The position numbers and the translations under genes were made by a program. From Thermoplasmatales archaeon SW_10_69_26 (GTDB lineage Archaea; Thermoplasmatota; SW-10-69-26): a stretch of 64,000 bases of DNA. This document shows, one piece after another, positions 56,581 to 64,000 of this stretch; within the stretch, counting starts at the first letter, position 1; each line of letters begins with the position of its first letter. The notes under the pieces were generated by a model that saw only the letters and a program-made list of their open reading frames with translations, was not told the origin of the DNA and ran no database searches. The stretch spans positions 1 through 64,000 of the forward strand of contig PXUB01000038.1 of the NCBI GenBank assembly GCA_003009755.1, read 5' to 3'.

Positions 56581-57555
56581 ATGCCGGAGATGACGCTGGT
56601 CGACTCGGTGAACGATGCCCTGCACACGGCGATGGACGAGGACGACCGCGTCGTCGTCATGGGCGAGGACGTCGGCGTGAACGGCGGCGTGTTCCGCGCC
56701 ACCGAAGGCCTGCACGACAGCTACGGCGAGGAGCGCGTGATCGACACGCCGCTGGCCGAGGCCGGCATCGTCGGTACCGCGCTCGGCATGGCCATGTACG
56801 GCCTGCGCCCGGTGCCCGAGATCCAGTTCATGGATTTCATCTACCCCGGGTTCGACCAGATCGTCAACGAGATCGCCAAGCTCCGCTACCGGTCCGGCGA
56901 TCAGTACGAGGCGCCCATGGTCATCCGCACGCCCTACGGCGGCGGGATCCGGGGTGGCCACTACCACAGCCAGTCCAGCGAGGCCTACTTCACGCACACG
57001 CCCGGCCTCAAGATCGTCGTCCCCAGCACGCCCCAGGACACGAAGGGCCTGCTGTTGAGCGCGATCGAGGACCCCGACCCGGTCATGTTCCTCGAGCCCA
57101 AGCGCGTCTACCGCGCCGTCAGCGACGACGTCCCCGAGGGCCACTACACCGAACCGATCGGCGAAGCCCGCCTCGCCCGCGAGGGCGAGGACGTGACCCT
57201 GATCGCGTACGGCGCGATGCACCACGTCGCCATGGAGGCGGCCGAACGAGCCGCCGACGAGGGCGTCAGCTGCGAGGTCGTCGACCTGCGCACCCTGGTG
57301 CCCTTCGACCGTGAGACGCTCGAGGAATCCGTCACGAAGACCGGCCGCGCCGTCATCGTCCAGGAAGCCCCCCGCACGGCCGGGTTCGCCGCCGAGCTGT
57401 CCGCGTTCCTGCACGAGGAGTGCATCCTGCACATGATCGCACCCGTCCAACGCGTCACAGGCCTGGACACCCCGTTCCCGTACACGCTGGAGGAGGAGTA
57501 CCTCCCCACACCCACGCGCGTCCTGGATGCGATCGACGAGACCCTGACCTATTGA
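56581..57555 (+). CDS. pdhB: 2-oxoacid dehydrogenase E1 beta
   Basis: GEDVG..GGVFRAT, DTPLAE, EIQF.DF, HSQS.E. Confidence 0.93.
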   Translation: MPEMTLVDSVNDALHTAMDEDDRVVVMGEDVGVNGGVFRATEGLHDSYGEERVIDTPLAEAGIVGTALGMAMYGLRPVPEIQFMDFIYPGFDQIVNEIAKLRYRSGDQYEAPMVIRTPYGGGIRGGHYHSQSSEAYFTHTPGLKIVVPSTPQDTKGLLLSAIEDPDPVMFLEPKRVYRAVSDDVPEGHYTEPIGEARLAREGEDVTLIAYGAMHHVAMEAAERAADEGVSCEVVDLRTLVPFDRETLEESVTKTGRAVIVQEAPRTAGFAAELSAFLHEECILHMIAPVQRVTGLDTPFPYTLEEEYLPTPTRVLDAIDETLTY

Positions 57556-57566
57556 GGTGACACACG

Positions 57567-58901
57567 TTGACCGAGGACTTCCACTTCGAGCTTCCCGACG
57601 TCGGTGAAGGCGTTCACGAGGGCGAGATCGTCAACTGGCTCGTCAGCGAGGGCGATCAGGTCGACGAAGACCAGGACATCGTCGAGGTCATGACCGACAA
57701 GGCGACCGTCCAGATCTCCGCTCCCGTCGCCGGCACGATCAAGGAGCTGCGTTACGACGAGGGCACCGTCGTCGACGTCGGCGACGTCTTCGTCGTCATC
57801 GGTCCCGAGGGCGCGGTCGAGACCGACGAGGAGGAGACCGCCGACACCGGCGGTGAAGACGGCGCCCCCGAGGCCGAGGCCGGCGAGACCGAGGCCGAGG
57901 AGGACGAGGACGAGGACAAGACCCTCTTCGAGCTGCCCGAGGGGCCCGGCGGCTCCGAGGACGAGCGCCGGCCCGCGCGTCAGCGCGAGTCCACGCCGTC
58001 GAGGTCGGGTGAGGTCCTCGCGATGCCGCGCGTTCGCCACGCCGCCAAGGACCGCGGCGTCGACCTGGCCAGCGTGCAAGCCACCGGCTCCCAGGGCCAC
58101 GTCACCCTGCAGGATCTCGAGGCCTACCTCGAGGGCGAGGCCGGCGGCTTCGAGCTCGAGCACTTCGACTTCGACCTGCCCTCCGTCGACCGTGACCAGG
58201 CGCGCGAGGTCGAGCCGCTCAAGGGCCTGCGCAAGCGCATCGCGGAGAACATGACGCGCGCGAAGACCCTGCAGCCGCACTTCACCTACGTCGACGAGCT
58301 CCGCGCCGACGAGCTCGTCTCCACGCGCAACGAGCTCAAGCAGCTCGGCGAGAAGCGCGACGTCAACGTCACCTACCTGCCCCTGCTCGTCAAGGCCGTC
58401 GTCCGCGCCCTCCGCGAGCACCCGCGCTGCAACGCGCTCATCGACGAGGAAGACCAACAGCTGGTGATCAAGCAGCCGATCAACGTCGGCATCGCCGTCG
58501 CCACCGACCGCGGCCTCGTCGTCCCCGTCGTCAAGAACGCCGACGAGAAGACCCTGCTCGAGATCGCCTCGGAGATCGAGACGCTCGCCCAGAAAGCCCA
58601 CGAGAACCGTCTCTCGATGGACGACCTCACCGGCGGCACGTTCACGATCACCAGCCTCGGCGCCGTCGGCGGCATGCTGGCGACCCCGATCCTGTTCCAT
58701 CCCCAGGTTGCCATCATGGGCGTCCACGCCATCCGCGATGAACCCGTCGTCGAGGACGGCGAGGTCGTGCCCGGCAAGAAGATGAACCTCTCGTTCACCT
58801 TCGACCACCGCATCGTCGACGGCTACGACGGTGCCCTGTTCGCCCAGGACGTCAAGAAGTACCTCGAGGACCCGAACCTGTTGCTGCTCGAGGGCCGCTG
58901 A
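57567..58901 (+). CDS. pdhC: Dihydrolipoamide acyltransferase E2
   Basis: Lipoyl domain VMTDKA, binding domain P.VR..A, catalytic FDHRIVDG. Confidence 0.93.
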   Translation: MTEDFHFELPDVGEGVHEGEIVNWLVSEGDQVDEDQDIVEVMTDKATVQISAPVAGTIKELRYDEGTVVDVGDVFVVIGPEGAVETDEEETADTGGEDGAPEAEAGETEAEEDEDEDKTLFELPEGPGGSEDERRPARQRESTPSRSGEVLAMPRVRHAAKDRGVDLASVQATGSQGHVTLQDLEAYLEGEAGGFELEHFDFDLPSVDRDQAREVEPLKGLRKRIAENMTRAKTLQPHFTYVDELRADELVSTRNELKQLGEKRDVNVTYLPLLVKAVVRALREHPRCNALIDEEDQQLVIKQPINVGIAVATDRGLVVPVVKNADEKTLLEIASEIETLAQKAHENRLSMDDLTGGTFTITSLGAVGGMLATPILFHPQVAIMGVHAIRDEPVVEDGEVVPGKKMNLSFTFDHRIVDGYDGALFAQDVKKYLEDPNLLLLEGR

Positions 58902-58974
58902 CGTCGCCCGGGCCCCGGCCAGCCGCCGCCGGCACCCGTCAAGCCTTTGAGACGGGTGCGGGTTGGCCCTCGCG

Positions 58975-59532
58975 ATGCTGGAGACCCCCGTCCTGGCGTT
59001 GACGATGGGCACGTGGACGATGCTCGGCCTGCTGGGCGTGTTCGCGCTCGTCGGGCTCGTCGCCTTGACGAGCAAGGGCCACGACCCGGCGGCAAGCCAC
59101 GGCGAGCGTCGCCGCTACGTCTTCGGGCTCGGCAAGTACCCGCGCCTGCACGCTCTCCCCGAGCTGCGTGATCTGCCCGCCACCGTCGAACCGCTCGGCC
59201 CCGAGGGCCTCCGCAAGCTCGGCAAGAAGGCCGATGCCACGACCGGGCTCACCACGACCAAGTACCGCATCCCCGAGGGTCGACGTCCCTGGCAGCTGTC
59301 CGCCGACATCCCGGATACGGTCGAGGCGATCGAGATCGAGCGCGAGGGCGGCCGGCTTTGGTTCACCGCCGACGGCCACCTCACCGCCGAGCCGCCGCTC
59401 ACCGAGGACGAGCTCGACACGGTCGGCGATCTCCTCTACGACGTCGAGGACCGCCCCGATCTCCGCGCCGACCGACGAACGTGGGCCCACAGCGTCGAGA
59501 GCCCCGAGAAGATCAACGCGAAGCGCGTGTGA
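58975..59532 (+). CDS. Hypothetical membrane-anchored protein
   Basis: N-terminal hydrophobic helix then a soluble domain with host-like codon usage. Confidence 0.6.
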   Translation: MLETPVLALTMGTWTMLGLLGVFALVGLVALTSKGHDPAASHGERRRYVFGLGKYPRLHALPELRDLPATVEPLGPEGLRKLGKKADATTGLTTTKYRIPEGRRPWQLSADIPDTVEAIEIEREGGRLWFTADGHLTAEPPLTEDELDTVGDLLYDVEDRPDLRADRRTWAHSVESPEKINAKRV

Positions 59533-59701
59533 GGCCCGACTTTCGCTGGGGCTGGGCGGCCCCTCCCGCGCTTGGTCTCCCTGCTTTCCCTCCAGCCTTA
59601 GAATCGTCGGTCCTCGGGCTTGACTGGTGAGCCCGGCCTCCTCCTCCGGCGCAGGGGTCCGTGTCCCGTGGACGGCCCGTTCCAGCACCTGAGTTCACGC
59701 G

Positions 59702-60499
59702 CCGCTGTCATGGTAAGCGGGTGGACGGGTCTTGGTTGAACAGCCAGGCGAACGCCTGAGCCCACGCCTCGACCTCGTCTCTCGAGGCGTTGGCCGGCCA
59801 GCGTCTGCGGAACGGGCCGATCCGCTCTTTGAGCAGGCCAAACCAGGTTTCCACGGTGTTGCGGACCCCGCCCGCGGTGACCTGCCACGCCAAGCCCAGC
59901 ACGTTGAGCGGCCAGGGGTACCACACGCCCCGGTCGACGTGGATCGCCGGCCGGTTGTCACACCGGGCCAACACGCCCTTCACAAAGCCCAGGGCCTCCA
60001 CGCTGCTGCGGCCCTGAGTGAGGGCGACGTGGACGAGTTGCTGGGTATCAGGGTCGACGGCGGCCCACAGGAACAGCTCGGTGAGATGATCGCCGGCATC
60101 CTTGTCGCACTCCTCGGGCCACTCGGATCGGGGTTGCTCGATGGGCAGACTGGTCTCGTCAATGACCAGCCGCTCGTGGCGTTGGACGGATTGCTCGCGG
60201 AACAGGTGGCTGGCGCGGCGGTACCAGGCGCTGATCGGGTTGTACGTGACCGGTTCAGCAAGCAGCGACACCAGTTGGCTGGTTCGCCGGCAGCTTAGGC
60301 CCGCGTGGTGCAGCAACAGGCTGAGGGCGCGGGTTCGGGGTTGCTTGCGGTCACGGTCGAAGATGTCTTCTTGGGTGAGGCGCTGGGTGAGCGTGCCGAG
60401 CAGGGCGTCGTTTTGGTGGAACACAACGGGCCCTGCTCGATGTTCTTCCTCGTTGTTGTGGTTCGTGTTCGGGTGGCTCCCCGCTTAACTAGACAGTCC
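59702..60499 (-). mobile_element. IS6-family insertion sequence (~800 bp)
   Basis: Imperfect terminal inverted repeats CCGCTGTCATGGTAAGCGGG (59702-59721) and CCCGCTTAACTAGACAGTCC (60480-60499) flanking a DDE transposase; no clear target duplication. Confidence 0.8.
59708..60424 (-). CDS. IS6-family DDE transposase
   Basis: IDET, LWAAVD, VDRGVWY..L, RN.VE.WF..LK.R. Confidence 0.9.
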   Translation of the reverse strand: MFHQNDALLGTLTQRLTQEDIFDRDRKQPRTRALSLLLHHAGLSCRRTSQLVSLLAEPVTYNPISAWYRRASHLFREQSVQRHERLVIDETSLPIEQPRSEWPEECDKDAGDHLTELFLWAAVDPDTQQLVHVALTQGRSSVEALGFVKGVLARCDNRPAIHVDRGVWYPWPLNVLGLAWQVTAGGVRNTVETWFGLLKERIGPFRRRWPANASRDEVEAWAQAFAWLFNQDPSTRLP

Positions 60500-60527
60500 G
60501 TGGGAGTCCGCTAGGAACATTTAAGTC

Positions 60528-62105
60528 ATGGTCCGAGGACGACAGGCTATGCCGCGGATGTCTCTCGGCATCGTGGCGGCCTTGGTCCTTCTCCCAGGTT
60601 CGTCGATTCAGGCCGTGGCCTTTGGTATTTCTCCGGATGTAAACCCGGGCCAGGCAGCTGTAGAGATAGAAGAGGATCTGGCCCTGGCTCCCCGCGGAAG
60701 TATTGTGATTGAGGGCGACGAAGACTTTGAAGAGCGAACCGAGATCAGCGGCGTCCGTGGTGGGACCGGAAGCCCTGACGATCCCTATGTCATCAGTAAC
60801 TGGACGATCGCATCCACTGGTAGTGTTGGTATTCAACTCCGAGACACCAGTGCCCATGTTGTGATCCAAGATATCTTAGTCTCAGGCACTCCGCCAGCAA
60901 CCTATGGGATCCATCTGGAAGGGGCAGAGAATGTAACTATCCGGGATGTCCACATCGCGAGAACAAGCACGTTCCACACTCCCTTGGATGACATTCGAAC
61001 TGGGATCATGGTCGAAGACTCCTCGAATGTGAAAATCGAGCGGAGCCAGATAGCGCCCCTCAGCACGGACCGCAGCCGCGCCTTCGTAATTGGATTGAGG
61101 GTGATGGATAGCACCCAGGTTGTTACCGAGAACGTGAGTATTGAGGCCGCTCGGACTCCCATTTCGGTCCAGCGGTCTTCGGCTCTTCGTGTAGCGTCAA
61201 GTACTCTGGCGGAGGATCCTGAAGAGCTTGTCGGGGATACGACAGTGTATCTCTTCCGTCCGGAGAACGTGACATTTGAGGAAGTTCTCTTTGACGGGGT
61301 TGGGTTGGATACTGAAGATACCACCAATCTCACATTCAGGCGAAACGTAATTGCTGCTGACTCGGGTCGCGCTGGCGAGGTCTTCTCAAATCCGTTGGAA
61401 AGCGGAATCTCTTCGTTCGGGAAAGCCCAATCCATCGAGATTTGTGGGAGTGTCTTTAAGGATTTGACATTCGAGGCTGTGGCGATCGAAGGAGCGAACA
61501 TAGAGATCCGCGGTAATCAGTTCCTAAACAATACAGACGCGCTTTCGATTCGGTCGTTTAGCGGAGGGGCTGAGATCCTACGCAATGAGTTCAAGGCCGT
61601 TGACCAGAACCTGGATCTCAAGTCCCCTGCTGCTCAAGTCCACGAGAACTCTTTCCCGGAGGACGCTTTCGACTCCTCTTTGTTTGTCAACGATACCAAC
61701 GCCTCAGGGAATTGGTGGGGCCACCCGAGCGGGCCGTCGGTCGAGGGGGAGTCTGAGTCGGGTGAAGGCCATCCTGTACATATCCTCTCGGCGAATGTCA
61801 CGTTCGCTCCAAACTTGACGGCCGAACCCGAAACCGGGCCCTCATCGGTCGATTGTGGTGGCCACGAAGGTCCTGTTGGTGTCCAGGCCAAGCCGAATCT
61901 GGTAGCCAGTGCCCGCGCTGGGGTGCATCTCTCCTCCAACCTAAACGAGAAGGTGGGCTCGGTCCACCTCAAGGCGAAGGCCAAGGTATCGACGGATGCA
62001 GAAACGTTCGAGGTATCGATACCCGAGCAGACACCGTCTCCGCTTAGCGAGGGGGCGGAGACGCGACCGGACGCTCGTGGAAGCCTTCAAGATCGAGGGC
62101 GATGA
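60528..62105 (+). CDS. Secreted parallel beta-helix (NosD/pectin-lyase-like) protein, first part
   Basis: Signal peptide, GGTGSPDDPYVI, beta-helix repeats, NASGNWWG..SGP. Confidence 0.8.
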   Translation: MVRGRQAMPRMSLGIVAALVLLPGSSIQAVAFGISPDVNPGQAAVEIEEDLALAPRGSIVIEGDEDFEERTEISGVRGGTGSPDDPYVISNWTIASTGSVGIQLRDTSAHVVIQDILVSGTPPATYGIHLEGAENVTIRDVHIARTSTFHTPLDDIRTGIMVEDSSNVKIERSQIAPLSTDRSRAFVIGLRVMDSTQVVTENVSIEAARTPISVQRSSALRVASSTLAEDPEELVGDTTVYLFRPENVTFEEVLFDGVGLDTEDTTNLTFRRNVIAADSGRAGEVFSNPLESGISSFGKAQSIEICGSVFKDLTFEAVAIEGANIEIRGNQFLNNTDALSIRSFSGGAEILRNEFKAVDQNLDLKSPAAQVHENSFPEDAFDSSLFVNDTNASGNWWGHPSGPSVEGESESGEGHPVHILSANVTFAPNLTAEPETGPSSVDCGGHEGPVGVQAKPNLVASARAGVHLSSNLNEKVGSVHLKAKAKVSTDAETFEVSIPEQTPSPLSEGAETRPDARGSLQDRGR

Positions 62106-63456
62106 AGAGTTAGCTAAGCATCCGGCAGTGCGTGGAGGCGATGGCTCACCTGATGATCCCTATCGCATTTCCGATCTACTCGTGATCCAGGACCAGGTGT
62201 ACGGGCTATGGTTGGCGAACGTGACCAGCCACGTCGTGATCCAAAACGTGATCGTTGATGGATCCAAGCTGGCGACGACAGAGACTGTTCGGTGTACGAC
62301 AGACACTGGGGATTGCGGGTTAACGCGGGGGCTTTTCCTGAATAACGTGACAGATGCTACGGTCCGAGATGTTCGATTAGAGGACCAGTTCTGGGGGGTC
62401 CTCGTATCCGAGTCGGGTTCGGTGAATATGAAGCGAGTCGAGCTGGGTTTTCCTGCCACGCGAACCCTCAACCCTCTCTCGAACGAGACGGCGACGGCTA
62501 CCACCTTTACTCGGGGATTCGATGTCTCTAATACGGGAGAACTGGCCCTGGAGAACGTGACTATCGGTGATGCTAGGGTTACATTCTCGGCTCGAAACAT
62601 GGAACGGTTAGAGCTGACGAACACAGAGTTCAACGGTCGCTCGTCGGAAGCTATCGTTCAAAATGTTAGGGAAGTTGAGGTCTCACAGTCGGTATTCTCG
62701 AAGGTCCAGCTCTTGGTGGAGGAGCAGTCTGAAAACGTGACGATCGTTGGGAGTAAGTTCGCGGAGTCTCCTGGGGTCGCGATGCGCGTCCACGCACGTA
62801 CCGATGCGCCCTCGGTGGAGTTGATCCGTGTATGCGGGTCCTTCATTCAAAAATCTACAGGGAACGAAGCTCTTGATCTCTCCCGAACCAAACGGGTGGA
62901 GGTAATCGGCGCAACGTTCGAGGACACTGGGGGAGGGATACAAGCCCCGGACGCTAGCGAAGGGATCGAGGTGCGTCACTCGTCGATCACAAACACCTCC
63001 GGACCAGGGCTATTGCTTAAAGGATCAGGTATGGAGGTTCACAACAACTCAATCGCAGGTAACGGCGATGCGAGCATACTAGAGGCTCACGAATGGGGAA
63101 ACGCCTCTCACAACTGGTGGGGTGATCCAGATGGGCCGGACATCAAGTTCGAGGAAGGGCCGGGTGATGGGGACGATCTCTGGCCTCCTGTGAATGTCAC
63201 TTTCCGTCCCTTCCTGTCTGGGCCACCGGAGACGGGCCCGTCGGCGGTGGATTGCAGGGGTTCGGGGACTGATCCTGGCGTGAAGGCTGAGCCGTCGATT
63301 CCTGTCGCCGCCCACGCGGGAGTAGGTATCGAGCATACCGTGAATGTCAATGAGAAGATCGCCGACCGCCGCGTGAAGGAGAAGGCCAAAGTGAAGGCGG
63401 AGGCCGAGGCCAGTATCGGCCCGGTCGCGATCCCCACGGATCCGCTCCCCGAGTGA
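61996..63456 (+). CDS. Parallel beta-helix protein, second part (probably the same gene as 60528, split by a frameshift)
   Basis: GGDGSPDDPYRI, NASHNWWG..DGP; no signal peptide; overlaps the previous ORF by 110 bp. Confidence 0.75.
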   Translation: MQKRSRYRYPSRHRLRLARGRRRDRTLVEAFKIEGDEELAKHPAVRGGDGSPDDPYRISDLLVIQDQVYGLWLANVTSHVVIQNVIVDGSKLATTETVRCTTDTGDCGLTRGLFLNNVTDATVRDVRLEDQFWGVLVSESGSVNMKRVELGFPATRTLNPLSNETATATTFTRGFDVSNTGELALENVTIGDARVTFSARNMERLELTNTEFNGRSSEAIVQNVREVEVSQSVFSKVQLLVEEQSENVTIVGSKFAESPGVAMRVHARTDAPSVELIRVCGSFIQKSTGNEALDLSRTKRVEVIGATFEDTGGGIQAPDASEGIEVRHSSITNTSGPGLLLKGSGMEVHNNSIAGNGDASILEAHEWGNASHNWWGDPDGPDIKFEEGPGDGDDLWPPVNVTFRPFLSGPPETGPSAVDCRGSGTDPGVKAEPSIPVAAHAGVGIEHTVNVNEKIADRRVKEKAKVKAEAEASIGPVAIPTDPLPE

Positions 63457-63579
63457 TCTGGCATATCTAGCCCTGGAGGACACCGGGGCCTCCTTCCCCG
63501 ATTTCTTTCTCTGATCAGGCAGGTGTCTCGTCTTCTGTTCCTCTGCCTTCTTTTCTACCACCTCCCCCCTCCAAGTTAG

Positions 63580-64000
63580 CCTCTGTGCCTAGCGGTCACG
63601 AGGTACGCGCAGGATCACCGCAACCCCTCGCTCGAGGGACCCCCGGGCTCGACCACAGGCTTCGGGTTCCTCTGGGGCAACGGTGAGACGACCGATCAAG
63701 CGCGAACGGGCCTGCAAGGGGTGAACCTGGGCCCCGGTGACACCGACGTCACCGGCTTCGGCGCGACCGCGTCGGTCGGCCTGGACCCGTTGAACCCCGA
63801 CGGGGCCTATGCGGATAGCCCTGTCGGCTCTGCAGGCGCGACCGTGGGCGCTGTTCCCATCGAAGCCGTGGACGAGGTCGTGTACCACTACAACGTGCCG
63901 AACCCGATCTCGGACCCCGATGGGGGTATCATCCAGACGTACATCTACGTGCAGAACGAGCCAGGCGCGACGACCTTCGGGTCCAGTCCGATCACCGATC
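63580..64000 (+). CDS. Partial ORF running off the window (secreted-type beta-rich protein fragment)
   Basis: Stop-free frame from 63580 (..VDEVVYHYNVPNPISDPDGGIIQTYIYVQNE..); first GTG at 63721. Confidence 0.35.

Overview
This is a GC-rich archaeal chromosomal segment with a strongly acidic, halophile-like proteome. Archaeal markers are rpl7ae-rps28e-rpl24e-ndk and rpl18e-rpl13-rps9-rpoN-tRNA-Pro. The gene order and the surface-protein signals fit a halophilic Thermoplasmatota-like lineage better than classical Halobacteria (inference). Housekeeping genes include pyrG, an AK6-type adenylate kinase, a CDP-alcohol phosphatidyltransferase, htpX, grpE, lipA with a 2-oxoacid dehydrogenase E1a/E1b/E2, a SufS-like desulfurase, menA with a polyprenyl synthase, thrC and two GCS2 ligases. 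The most striking accessory locus (about 18.06-27.82 kb) couples an FTR1 iron permease to a secreted protein ending in a clear type-I-like dockerin, two membrane-anchored proteins with cohesin-like domains and two ABC ATPase/permease pairs. Two promoters in this locus carry the same DtxR/IdeR-like TAGG-N4-CCTAAA palindrome. It looks like a cellulosome-style cohesin-dockerin scaffold used for iron capture. Other notable items: a four-sulfotransferase/flippase/glycosyltransferase cluster, an H-NOX-like domain fused to MenA, recurrent tandem hairpin arrays starting at gene 3' ends, a highly structured non-coding 5' end, a K-turn in the L7Ae leader, and an IS6 element bordering a lower-GC island with a frameshift-split duplicated beta-helix surface protein. 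All assignments come from reading motifs by eye; no database searches were run.
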